The translations under genes were made by a program, and so were the position numbers. A stretch of 59,525 nucleotides of DNA, the filler included, from Basidiobolus meristosporus CBS 931.73 (taxonomy: Eukaryota; Fungi; Basidiobolomycota), in the NCBI GenBank assembly GCA_002104905.1. It is 3 parts of 3 records of this genome, joined end to end, with 100 filler letters (N's around TTAATTAATTAA, not from the genome) between each part and the next. Parts side by side here need not be neighbours in the genome. Positions count along the whole stretch, not along the records: positions 48,485 to 59,525 come from MCFE01001288.1; 2 more parts are not named here. The stretch is one strand, 5' to 3'. The notes under the pieces are model-generated. The model was not told the origin of the DNA, did not search any database, and saw only the letters and a program-made list of their open reading frames with translations. Below, piece by piece: positions 50,599-59,525 of this stretch. Position 1 is the first letter of the stretch, and each line of letters begins with the position of its first letter.

Positions 50599-53500
50599 TT
50601 GAAAAACACATACCCTGAGCCTTCTTTATGTGAATCAATCAATGCAAGTAATCTCCACGAATTGAGTATCTATGTCAAAGGTCTACCCATCGAAATGGAA
50701 GCTGCTGATATCCGAAAGTACTTCTCTACATGGGGGAATGTCAGCATGTGTAATGTGATAAACGTCAGCGTGAAGGGCAGAAAGAAAGCCGCTATAGTTG
50801 TATTTAGCCCACCGCCACCTACTCTAGATTTCATGAGCCAGGACCTTCAGCCTGCTAATATGAAGGAGGAAAATAGATTTCTTTACATGGATCTCACCAC
50901 CAAAACTTCTCAGCAACTGCAAAGTCAAGAAAGAGGTGAATACGTGAAGTTGTTTTTCCGAGCTGAGGCCACTTGCTTCGACATGGGAGTGATGGCAACC
51001 CGCCGCAGATTTCTGAGCGTTTGGAAGCCATCCGGCACTTGTATCGTCGAAGTAAATGCGGAGAGAAAGCTAATATTTTTCAAATTCCACCACTCGAACG
51101 ACCACTACAGGATAGGTGTAAGATTCGACGACGTTCGGAACAGTATAGTACTGAATAGAGGTGAAAAAGACACGTATGTGCTGTATTTTCGAACTGTTCA
51201 CTGTCCTTTCATGTGGCGAAGACAGGAAAGGGCTTCTCCTTCCTCAGAAAGTTGGAGTGAAGAGGATTCGTGGGTGCGTGTCCCTTACATTGTTGATCAA
51301 CAGGGGCAGAATACCAACAGAGTCCGTCTTGGTGACTTCTCCGCCTACCGAGTAAATATTCCAAGTCACAACCAACGGGGAGAACCATTCCAAGATACTC
51401 TTGACCGTATGACGTGCTGCGGGCTTATTTCTACCCAGCCCGATTCCACCCTTCCCATCGAAATGAAGCAGTCAGGAGACTTGGTTGTTGATATTCACTC
51501 GATACTTCCGTTCGAGTTGGCTTACCTGGTAGAGTGCTTGGTCAGCGCACAGAAATTAACCATGTACAACTTAACGCACGAGTGGGTTGCGTTTTTGAAT
51601 GACCTTGATGTAGGGGTTGCCAAGAATGTGCTGATGAATATGATGACGGCCAAAAGCTTGATCGAAGATCCCTTGGCATATACCCAGGAGATGTTACCAA
51701 TGCTCGGAAATGGCCTGATCAACCTTGAGGGAAGCCTCATACAACACGTGTGGATCTATCGAGCTTACATTTCTCCCAGCAAGTTGCACCTCTTACCCCC
51801 GTCACTGGAGCCATCAAACCGAGTGTTAAGGCATTTTCATCAATACCAACAACACTTCATCCAAGTCACCTTTTCCGAAGAGCACTTTGAGAAGATAGGA
51901 GCTAGTTGTCAACTGAATCAAGCCATCTTTGATAGTTTTGAGGAAATTTTGACCGAAGGATTTCACATTGGCAAGCGGCATTACCGATTCCTGGCATTTT
52001 CAGCCACACAACTTCGTGAACATAGCTGCTGGTTCTTTGCGGGTACATCTGATGGTATAGATGTAGATTTCATCCGCAAGTGGATGGGCGATTTCAGTGA
52101 CATCGGGAACGTTGCCAAGCGTGCTGCCTGTATGGGCCTATGCTTTTCCAATACGCAAGGAGTCAAAACCCTGACCAAGGAGCAAGTAAAAGAAGTCCCG
52201 GATATCACACGCAATGGCCATTTGCATTCGAATGGAGTCGGCCAAATCGCCATGTCATTAGCAGCAGAAATCTCCAGTCGATATCATCAGAAAATAACAC
52301 CTGGTGCTTTTCAGTTCCGGTTCGGTGGGTACAAAGGAGTTCTTTCGGTCGTACCTGATGACAAGATGGACGGAACGCTTGTTCACCTACGCCCAAGCCA
52401 AAGAAGGTTCAGTTCGGAATCTTGCGACTTGGAGATCGTCCGAGCTGCCGAGTTTGTGCCAGCTTATCTGAATCGACAAGTCATCGCACTATTATCTACC
52501 ATGAGGGTCTCAGATGATGTATTTGTGCATTTGCAAGCAGAACACCTACGGCTAACTGACGAAATCATGAGCAGCCAAGACCTGGCTTTAGAATTCCTGG
52601 CTCTCCACTACCGCTCCAGCTGGATAGGCGATGCATTAGGAGATATGATCGCTGCAGGCTTCCTGAGGTCGGGAGACTCGTTCGCCAAATCACTCCTGGG
52701 CTTACTAAGAAATCAGGCACTTCGGGATGTCCAGGAACGAGCAAGAGTTCCCATCCAAAAGGGGGCCCATTTGATCGGTGTCATTGACAGCACGGATTCG
52801 CTGAAGGAAAACCAAATCTTTGTTCGATATACGGATCCTCGGCACCCCACCACTGTTAAAAGTTATGTAGGCCCAGCGTTGGTTATTAGAAACCCATACA
52901 TACACCCAGGAGATATGCATATGGTTGAGGCGGTTGATTGCCCGGAGCTTCATGCGCTTGTGAATTGTGTTGCATTCTCTACACGTGGCACTCGTGGTTT
53001 GGCAAGTAAATGTAACGGTGGCGACATGGATGGAGACACATATATGGTTATCTGGGACAAGCGGTTGTTTCCACTGTACAAGTTGCCTCCGTTGAGCTAC
53101 AGCAAACATGAGGATGAATCTGCCCAGCCAGTCACCATTCGAGACACCGTGGACTTCTTCATCAATTATATGAAATCCAACAATTTGGCCCAGATTGCCA
53201 ACGCTCATCTAGCCTGGGCTGACCAGTCAGAAGAGTCCGCTTTATCTCCCAAGTGTATCGTGCTGTCTAAACTCCATGCTAAAGCGGCGGATTTCGTGAA
53301 ATCAGGGATCCCAGCTGTTCTGCAGCCCAGTTTGATTCCAAAGCACTGGCCTGATTATATGAACAAACTACCAAGAAAATCATATCCTTCTACGCATGCC
53401 CTGGGTAGGATGTACAGGAGCGACGCCTTGAACCGCCAACTATCCGAGTACTCGGCCAATAGTCTTAGTGAAGTTCACTTTGATGAAAGAATGATCGTGT

Positions 53501-53958
53501 TGGGATACGAAGAATACTTGGTGGAAGCCAGGCAGCTGAAGCATGAGTATGACAGGACGATCTCCGATATTATGCGCCAGCATGAAATTCAAACGGAGGC
53601 TGAGCTAGTCTCCGGGTGTGTTCAGCGTTTTTCCTTCGTGGTTAGCCGTACAAAAGAGAGATACCTACTCAAAGAAACGCTCAGCAACATTATCCAGGCG
53701 GTTTGGAGAATATTTCGCCAACGGTTTAATGATAACTCTCCGGCAGTAGAAGCTGTCGACGAAGATGTCGAAATGTTGAATCGAAGAAAGGCCAGCGCTT
53801 GGTACTACGTAACATGCCATCCGACTGAAATATTACTTCAGAAGAATCAGCAGCTCTACAGCGACCATCCCAATCAAGCTGTCCACCCGGTCTACCTATC
53901 TTTTCCTTGGATAGTTCATGATATCTTGGTGCTGATATTACGGGATGCAACTCTTTAG
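50599..53958 (+). CDS. Cellular RNA-dependent RNA polymerase (QDE-1/SAD-1/RDR type) with N-terminal RRM-like region; true start unresolved
   Basis: 1119-codon frame; FLAFSATQLREHSCWF, AFQFRFGGYKGV, LNRQ, RNPYIHPGD and catalytic GGDMDGD (DxDGD) motifs. Confidence 0.95.
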   Translation: MKNTYPEPSLCESINASNLHELSIYVKGLPIEMEAADIRKYFSTWGNVSMCNVINVSVKGRKKAAIVVFSPPPPTLDFMSQDLQPANMKEENRFLYMDLTTKTSQQLQSQERGEYVKLFFRAEATCFDMGVMATRRRFLSVWKPSGTCIVEVNAERKLIFFKFHHSNDHYRIGVRFDDVRNSIVLNRGEKDTYVLYFRTVHCPFMWRRQERASPSSESWSEEDSWVRVPYIVDQQGQNTNRVRLGDFSAYRVNIPSHNQRGEPFQDTLDRMTCCGLISTQPDSTLPIEMKQSGDLVVDIHSILPFELAYLVECLVSAQKLTMYNLTHEWVAFLNDLDVGVAKNVLMNMMTAKSLIEDPLAYTQEMLPMLGNGLINLEGSLIQHVWIYRAYISPSKLHLLPPSLEPSNRVLRHFHQYQQHFIQVTFSEEHFEKIGASCQLNQAIFDSFEEILTEGFHIGKRHYRFLAFSATQLREHSCWFFAGTSDGIDVDFIRKWMGDFSDIGNVAKRAACMGLCFSNTQGVKTLTKEQVKEVPDITRNGHLHSNGVGQIAMSLAAEISSRYHQKITPGAFQFRFGGYKGVLSVVPDDKMDGTLVHLRPSQRRFSSESCDLEIVRAAEFVPAYLNRQVIALLSTMRVSDDVFVHLQAEHLRLTDEIMSSQDLALEFLALHYRSSWIGDALGDMIAAGFLRSGDSFAKSLLGLLRNQALRDVQERARVPIQKGAHLIGVIDSTDSLKENQIFVRYTDPRHPTTVKSYVGPALVIRNPYIHPGDMHMVEAVDCPELHALVNCVAFSTRGTRGLASKCNGGDMDGDTYMVIWDKRLFPLYKLPPLSYSKHEDESAQPVTIRDTVDFFINYMKSNNLAQIANAHLAWADQSEESALSPKCIVLSKLHAKAADFVKSGIPAVLQPSLIPKHWPDYMNKLPRKSYPSTHALGRMYRSDALNRQLSEYSANSLSEVHFDERMIVLGYEEYLVEARQLKHEYDRTISDIMRQHEIQTEAELVSGCVQRFSFVVSRTKERYLLKETLSNIIQAVWRIFRQRFNDNSPAVEAVDEDVEMLNRRKASAWYYVTCHPTEILLQKNQQLYSDHPNQAVHPVYLSFPWIVHDILVLILRDATL

Positions 53959-54550
53959 ATATGTGTTGCAGACAAATAACGTTACCATCGGTCAATTGTT
54001 ATATCCGCGTGTCGATATGTATTCTTTGCCTAGTAAGTTGGATAAATGTATCATTCCAAGTACAGGTCACAAACACAAACCAGCAATTACATTGCAGAAC
54101 GACCGTCAATGCGCATCATGCCCGAGCAGTAGTCATGGATTCGAAGTATCATATTTACTGGATCGAAACCAACTGTATTGTAAAATTAAACTGATGCTTG
54201 CTCGTGATCAATTCGTATCAAAGCCCTTGTAGATTACTGGATTGATACGGATCTTGATGGGTTGTTCCAGATTGAAAATAAACCAATGTGTGTGGTGTGC
54301 AATAGCTCCAATAGCTGCATTGATATAGAATATCGCTGATACTCGTCCTTTAATAAATTGATGTAGTATTTCACTATAGATTCCAGACCCATAGAAGAAT
54401 TATGTTAGTGGATCGCGGACTCAAACTCCAATCAACTGGCCTCTAGAAATATATCATACCAAGCGGTCAATAGAGAGGCTATTGGGAAGTGTGTTAACTG
54501 GAGAGTGAAGTTGAGCGGCCGCCTGTCATCTGTGTTGCATATTCGGCAAT

Positions 54551-55066
54551 GGTTTGTCCACTCGACACCATGAGGAGTTGAATCCTTATTTGGAAGAAGT
54601 GATTATCCGCTTTTGGTATTAGCGTGCTCCAAATCTCTAAACCCATTTCCATTTTCGCGTGAGTAGGCCTCACACAGAGCTTGTTCATGTAGGGGTTGGT
54701 GTGGAAATATGTACCAATAGGTATTCCGGTGAGCATCTGGATCGATGGATTCTATCCATTTGGTAACTCTCGGGGTGAGTGAAATGCCTTCTTTCGGATT
54801 TACATATATTCCATGGCGAGATTATACCAAAAAGCACAAGTTTGCACTGCCGAAAATCTCTATTTATTTTTTGTAGGTTGGAGTAACACCCCAGGGCTAG
54901 GCGTATTATCAGTTGAAATATTTTATGGCTTTACCGGTTTTAGATAGGAACCAACAGGTTGTGTACCGGGATTGGTGCAAGGTGGCCGAGTACACCAATA
55001 CCAAGAGTGGATAATCACCTTCCTCGAATAGGGATTCTACTCCCCATGGCGTCGAGTGGGCAAATC
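54551..55066. repeat. Diverged inverted repeat, 80-bp arms (54551-54630 and 54987-55066)
   Basis: Manual ungapped alignment of one arm to the reverse complement of the other gives 62/80 identities. Confidence 0.8.
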
Positions 55067-55709
55067 AACAGTAATAATAATAATCAAATATGCAAGATAT
55101 ATACTAGGTCAACACTTGGGAGAAGTGTGCAGGAAATTGGTGGTAGTGAAATCAAATGGAATTTGGCAATATCAAATATCCGAGCTTCCCCTGTGGGATT
55201 TAGTGACCTGGCTTAAGAAGGGTCGGAAGTAGAGGAAGGGATAATGTATTTTGCTCCTAATTTATTCGTAGTCTTACTTCGCTAATTAAAGATTTTTGAT
55301 GAAGACCATGTCAATGCAGCAGAAATCCAACTCGAATTAAGCCTCCAATTTCTCAATAATGATTATAATTAGCCACCATACTCGAGTCTGTTATTACATG
55401 GAATATGCTGGCTTTCATATACACCATTTCTATGATTAGTTTAGTTGACTTCAAATGAGGTATGAATACTTTCAGGAGAACTTCGATAAACCTGTTGGGA
55501 GACCATTGGAATGCCATCAAAACACCATTAAACTTTTGACTGCAAAAGAAGGTACAGGCATATCCACCAGTCCTAGTTGACAAATTTGATAAATTCTTAG
55601 GTACCAGAGCTTAGACAATGTTGTCACTAGACTTTAATGGTATGATCTCCGTATCCATCTTGCTGTGCTCTTCTTGATTCAGTCGAATATGTTGCCTAGA
55701 ATGCTGGCC

Positions 55710-55825
55710 AATGTTTCGGTTCAGTCAGTAATAATAATGTGACTAATGTTTCGGTTCAGTCAATAATAATAATGTGACTAATGTTTCGGTTCAGTCAATA
55801 ATAACAATGTGACTAATGTTTCGGT
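55710..55825 (+). repeat. 35-bp tandem repeat, ~3.3 copies
   Basis: AATGTTTCGGTTCAGTCAATAATAATAATGTGACT unit. Confidence 0.9.
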
Positions 55826-57519
55826 GAAAGACATAAATAGCTGATATCTTGGTGCACCATACAAGTAATGAGGGTTGAGTGATATGTATTGCATTCATAG
55901 TGCTTTATCATTAAACCTTGATGGACCCAAACCATATATATCTCATCTGATGGATGTAAGTGTAAAAAATATTGGGATTTTTGGTAGTTAGACCTAGCGC
56001 CACTTTGAAACAATCCTATTTATATAGCTGTAGTTACTAAATGGGTACTATTGGTTAGCGCAGTACATACTGCTTGTATTTAAAATGTCTCCGGTGGCTC
56101 CTTTACTCAGCCGACCCTCATAACGAAACAGACACTTGATTAAATCCAGACACTATCCATAGAGCAACTCATTTTTGGCTCTATCAAATCCCAATTCGGC
56201 GATGATAAGCAACATTGATGGAATTGATCGAAGCTCCTTGCGATAGAATCAACACTTGGCCACCTGAAGACGTGGCAAGAAAGGTGTAGGCGTATAAACC
56301 ATCACCACACCTGTATAGGTGGTTCCATTAGAAACCAGTAGTAATGCGAGGGTATATATTATATACATGCGCAGCTATGGTGTAGCTTTGCATCAACGAC
56401 AGCGACTTCTATATTGTCCATTGGCAGACAAACGTCAAATTCAAAATCCAGCCATTCCATGGGATTAGATTAGCCAATTTCAAATCGCTTCAATATTCGG
56501 GTATTTGTAGCAAACGTACAAACAAATAAGGCCCGCTGGTCTAAAGACGTTTGGCCATCATCATTCTACTTCGGAGAGGAGGATATCCCCAAAAGTCTTA
56601 TCCTCAGCCATTATTTAATCTGGTGAGGAGCGATTCCCGAAATGGCTTATCCGAGAGTCATATCGATAACTCCTCGACCATTTGACAATTTGAGAACATT
56701 GGTCAAGACAGCATTTTATGGTTAATCTTCGACCCGGTTCGAGTCTAAGTACTCTATGTTTTCCATTTTTACTGAATTCATCAAATGGTCAAATATTCTT
56801 TATCCAGCAACATAACGAAATCTCAACTACCGGCAGCTTGGATTATTGGAAACATATGATATGGACTATTGGTAAGGTACTCATTGTGATGAAGAAGATG
56901 GTTACCATATCATCGCTTACATATCAGGTTTAGTTGCTCTGCTGTACTACACGCTGTAACCTCACTTGAACAACAAGTGCACCATCATATGTTTACTCAC
57001 CAGGGTGTACAGAGACACAACCAACTTAGCCATGGTATAAATTACTCGCTCACATTGAAAGTTACTCGGAGATAAGCGTGCTAAGTTGGTATGTTCATCA
57101 ATAATACAGACTGATGAAATTACCACATCGCTCTCAATTGCACTATTGACTCTCTGATACGTGTGGAAACGACTCCAAAAAGGAGGAGTGATCTGCTTGA
57201 ATGGGATGATAGCTCGGAAATGTACCGTGGTGATCAACTTGAACGGGAATGTATCGTAATATACTTCTCACCAGAAATCCTTGGTATACATCAGATGAAG
57301 AAATTTCCATTTGTGGCATATCGAGAAACAAAAGACACCATTGAATTTCCTAAAAGGTTCTAGTGCATGGGGAGGATGTATTATAGCGCATAGGTACAAT
57401 CTCGTATCTCTTATCTCATCCAAAAGGGAAACCGACAGAGACTCGAAATGCCAGCTGTCAATGGAGCACGATTGATGTAGGCCCACTATAAATAGCCCAT
57501 CTCGCACCAGTACTTGTTC

Positions 57520-59100
57520 ATGCCGAGCGACATGAATTCTGAGAAAGCCACCACCCATCGCAAACAGAAGGGCCTTCTGGGCAAGGTCTGGAAAAGATTA
57601 TGCGCCCCCGGGAAACATTATGCCGTTCGTGCAGCAGCAGTAACCCAGTCAGTTACCATTGACAAGTCGGAGGCAGTGACCGTAATCGGGGAGATTTTGC
57701 CAGCCAAAACACCTCTACCAGAGTCGGACTCTCGCAGTGATATCGTGTTTGAAGATCAGAAGCAAATCTCCATGGGATCTCGCTTTTTTGACTACATCAC
57801 CAGCTTTGCCGGGTCCCGTTTCACATTCATCGTGACACTCTCGGTCTTCTTCGGGTGGGGAATAGCTGGTATTGTTCTCGGTGCGCCACAGAACTGGCAG
57901 ATCGCCATGTCGGATGGTGGTTCCATTCAGTGCTATATCTCCGACTCACTCCTCATGCGCCAACAGCAAAACCAATGCACCCAGTTGTTGACCATCATAG
58001 CTCAGTTGCGCTCAAGAAACAAGACATTCAAAAGACTGTTGAGTAACCCAGAGATAGTCAGAAAAATCCAAGAGTTGAAGAGCCAAAATCTTCAAATGCC
58101 CCAGGACCATATTGGTAATGGCGCCAAACTCCCCTTGGAAGGCTGGTTTGACAAACTCTGCAGCTGGGTCTCATGGCTCATCGGGTCGATCTATTCCCAA
58201 GTATTCTACTGGGTTGCTATTTTCGTCTGGATTGGCTGTGGTTATATCGACGATTGGAGTAACTTGTGGCAACTCTACATCAACACTGCCTCCGCTGTCC
58301 AGCTCAGCTTTACCTCTATGTTCCTGCAACACACCAGACGAATCCACATGGAATATTTCGAAAAATGCCTGAAATCAGTGGTCGAGGCGGATTGCGAGGT
58401 GGAGAGTCTCCTGCGCCAAGTCACCACTGACTCCGAGTTAAACCCGATGATTGAAATCCAGCCCCTCAGAACCGGGTTTGGGGTCAGAGCCATTGACTAC
58501 TACGCAGATCTCGTTGGTTCTGGCGTGGGAGCCTTCATCTCCACCTGCGTCTTTATCATCTGGCTGGCCATCGGAAATGTGATGGACTGGAACTCCAACT
58601 GGTGGCTTATTATTGGTACATACACCGGTTTGATCGGCTACATCGATGGATTTATGTTGCGAAACGTGTATTTCCGTCAAGACACCATTATCAACCAACA
58701 ATTCCAAGAGCTAATCGACGAAGACTATGAGATCTTCCAAAAGCTCAGCGTAGAGGTTCCAGAAGAGCGCCTGGTCGACGACAAGTCTCTGATCTACAAG
58801 ATGAGCCACTTCATGGGCGTTGTTTGCTCACATCCCTGGTCGGTCTTGAGTTCGGTTCTTATCACAATCGGTTTGATCTGTGTTGCGAGTGGAATGCTCT
58901 GGAATGAAACCGGTCAGTTAATCTGCAACACGCCGACAATGATTATCGAAGGTTTCCTGTTCAACGTGCTGATCCAGGCCCACAATGTGGCCGACACCAA
59001 GAGACGTGTCGTGATTCACAACGTTCTCCTGAGAAGACTCAAACTGCTTCAGTATGTAAGACCACTTAGTGATGACTGCGAGAAGAAGTTGGTCGAGTAG
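57520..59100 (+). CDS. FET4: Low-affinity iron permease, Fet4 family
   Basis: 526-aa ORF from ATG 57520; repeated hydrophobic iron-permease modules (WQIAMSDGGSIQCYISDSLLMRQQQ, WQLYINTASAV, WWLIIGTYTGLIG, LICNTPTMIIEGF); TATAAATA at ~57487. Confidence 0.9.
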   Translation: MPSDMNSEKATTHRKQKGLLGKVWKRLCAPGKHYAVRAAAVTQSVTIDKSEAVTVIGEILPAKTPLPESDSRSDIVFEDQKQISMGSRFFDYITSFAGSRFTFIVTLSVFFGWGIAGIVLGAPQNWQIAMSDGGSIQCYISDSLLMRQQQNQCTQLLTIIAQLRSRNKTFKRLLSNPEIVRKIQELKSQNLQMPQDHIGNGAKLPLEGWFDKLCSWVSWLIGSIYSQVFYWVAIFVWIGCGYIDDWSNLWQLYINTASAVQLSFTSMFLQHTRRIHMEYFEKCLKSVVEADCEVESLLRQVTTDSELNPMIEIQPLRTGFGVRAIDYYADLVGSGVGAFISTCVFIIWLAIGNVMDWNSNWWLIIGTYTGLIGYIDGFMLRNVYFRQDTIINQQFQELIDEDYEIFQKLSVEVPEERLVDDKSLIYKMSHFMGVVCSHPWSVLSSVLITIGLICVASGMLWNETGQLICNTPTMIIEGFLFNVLIQAHNVADTKRRVVIHNVLLRRLKLLQYVRPLSDDCEKKLVE

Positions 59101-59525
59101 AGTGCCCAGCTGAGAAACTTCCATATGTGTATATAACTTAGAGTGAAAGTTATTCTTTATAGATCCATGTCTGTTAATAAATCCAAATTTCATCGAATAG
59201 AATCTCAGATACTCCATTAGCATGAGCTCGCGTTGGACGCGGATCAGTAAATCATCCTCCAGCGTCACTTGATATTAGGATCGAAGAATACTGAATCCTG
59301 CTGAATGATCATGTATTACTGCAACGTGAGAGATTTGCTGCTTGGTATTTTATAACCTACAAATGAATACAAAGCTTGTAGTTGATCACATTCAGCCCTA
59401 TTCAAGTGGCGTATTGCTAAAGTAGACCATTGGGCGTCTTGTACATGCATGTGAGGTAAGCTGAAAGCTTGGTATTGGTGACAAGATCCAAGCTTATCAC
59501 ATAAATTGTCCAAGGAAATACTAGG

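Noticed and set aside
57163-57363. 66-aa ORF upstream of FET4
   Set aside because: GTG start, no acceptable splice acceptor found, no recognisable domain.

Overview
Eukaryotic DNA from an early-diverging fungus (rDNA is zygomycete/chytrid-grade; Basidiobolus-like by recollection, needs BLAST). Two artificial 100-nt linkers (N44-TTAATTAATTAA-N44 at 18636-18735 and 48385-48484) join three contigs that need not be neighbours. Contig 1 (1-18635) is a chromosome end: a tRNA, an intronless GH18 gene and a 4-exon Zn-alcohol dehydrogenase among CpG-depleted Ty1/copia relics and solo LTRs, ending in (TTAGGG)n. Contig 2 (18736-48384) carries the most interesting structure, a ~12 kb birth-and-death tandem array (family A) of secreted prepro-peptides: signal peptide, pro-region, acidic spacer, then a 50-aa Gly/Arg/Tyr/Trp tail ending CDWGC. 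There are two intact copies, one with a single in-frame stop, three broken copies and older relics. Four of the copies are followed convergently by a pseudogene of a second small secreted protein (family B), whose only intact, spliced copy is missed by the ORF track. A degenerate TE field, an 8-Cys secreted protein gene and almost one full rDNA unit (truncated 28S, IGS with opposite-strand 5S, 18S, ITS1, 5.8S, ITS2, 28S start) follow. Contig 3 (48485-59525) encodes a cellular RNA-dependent RNA polymerase and a Fet4-family low-affinity iron permease.
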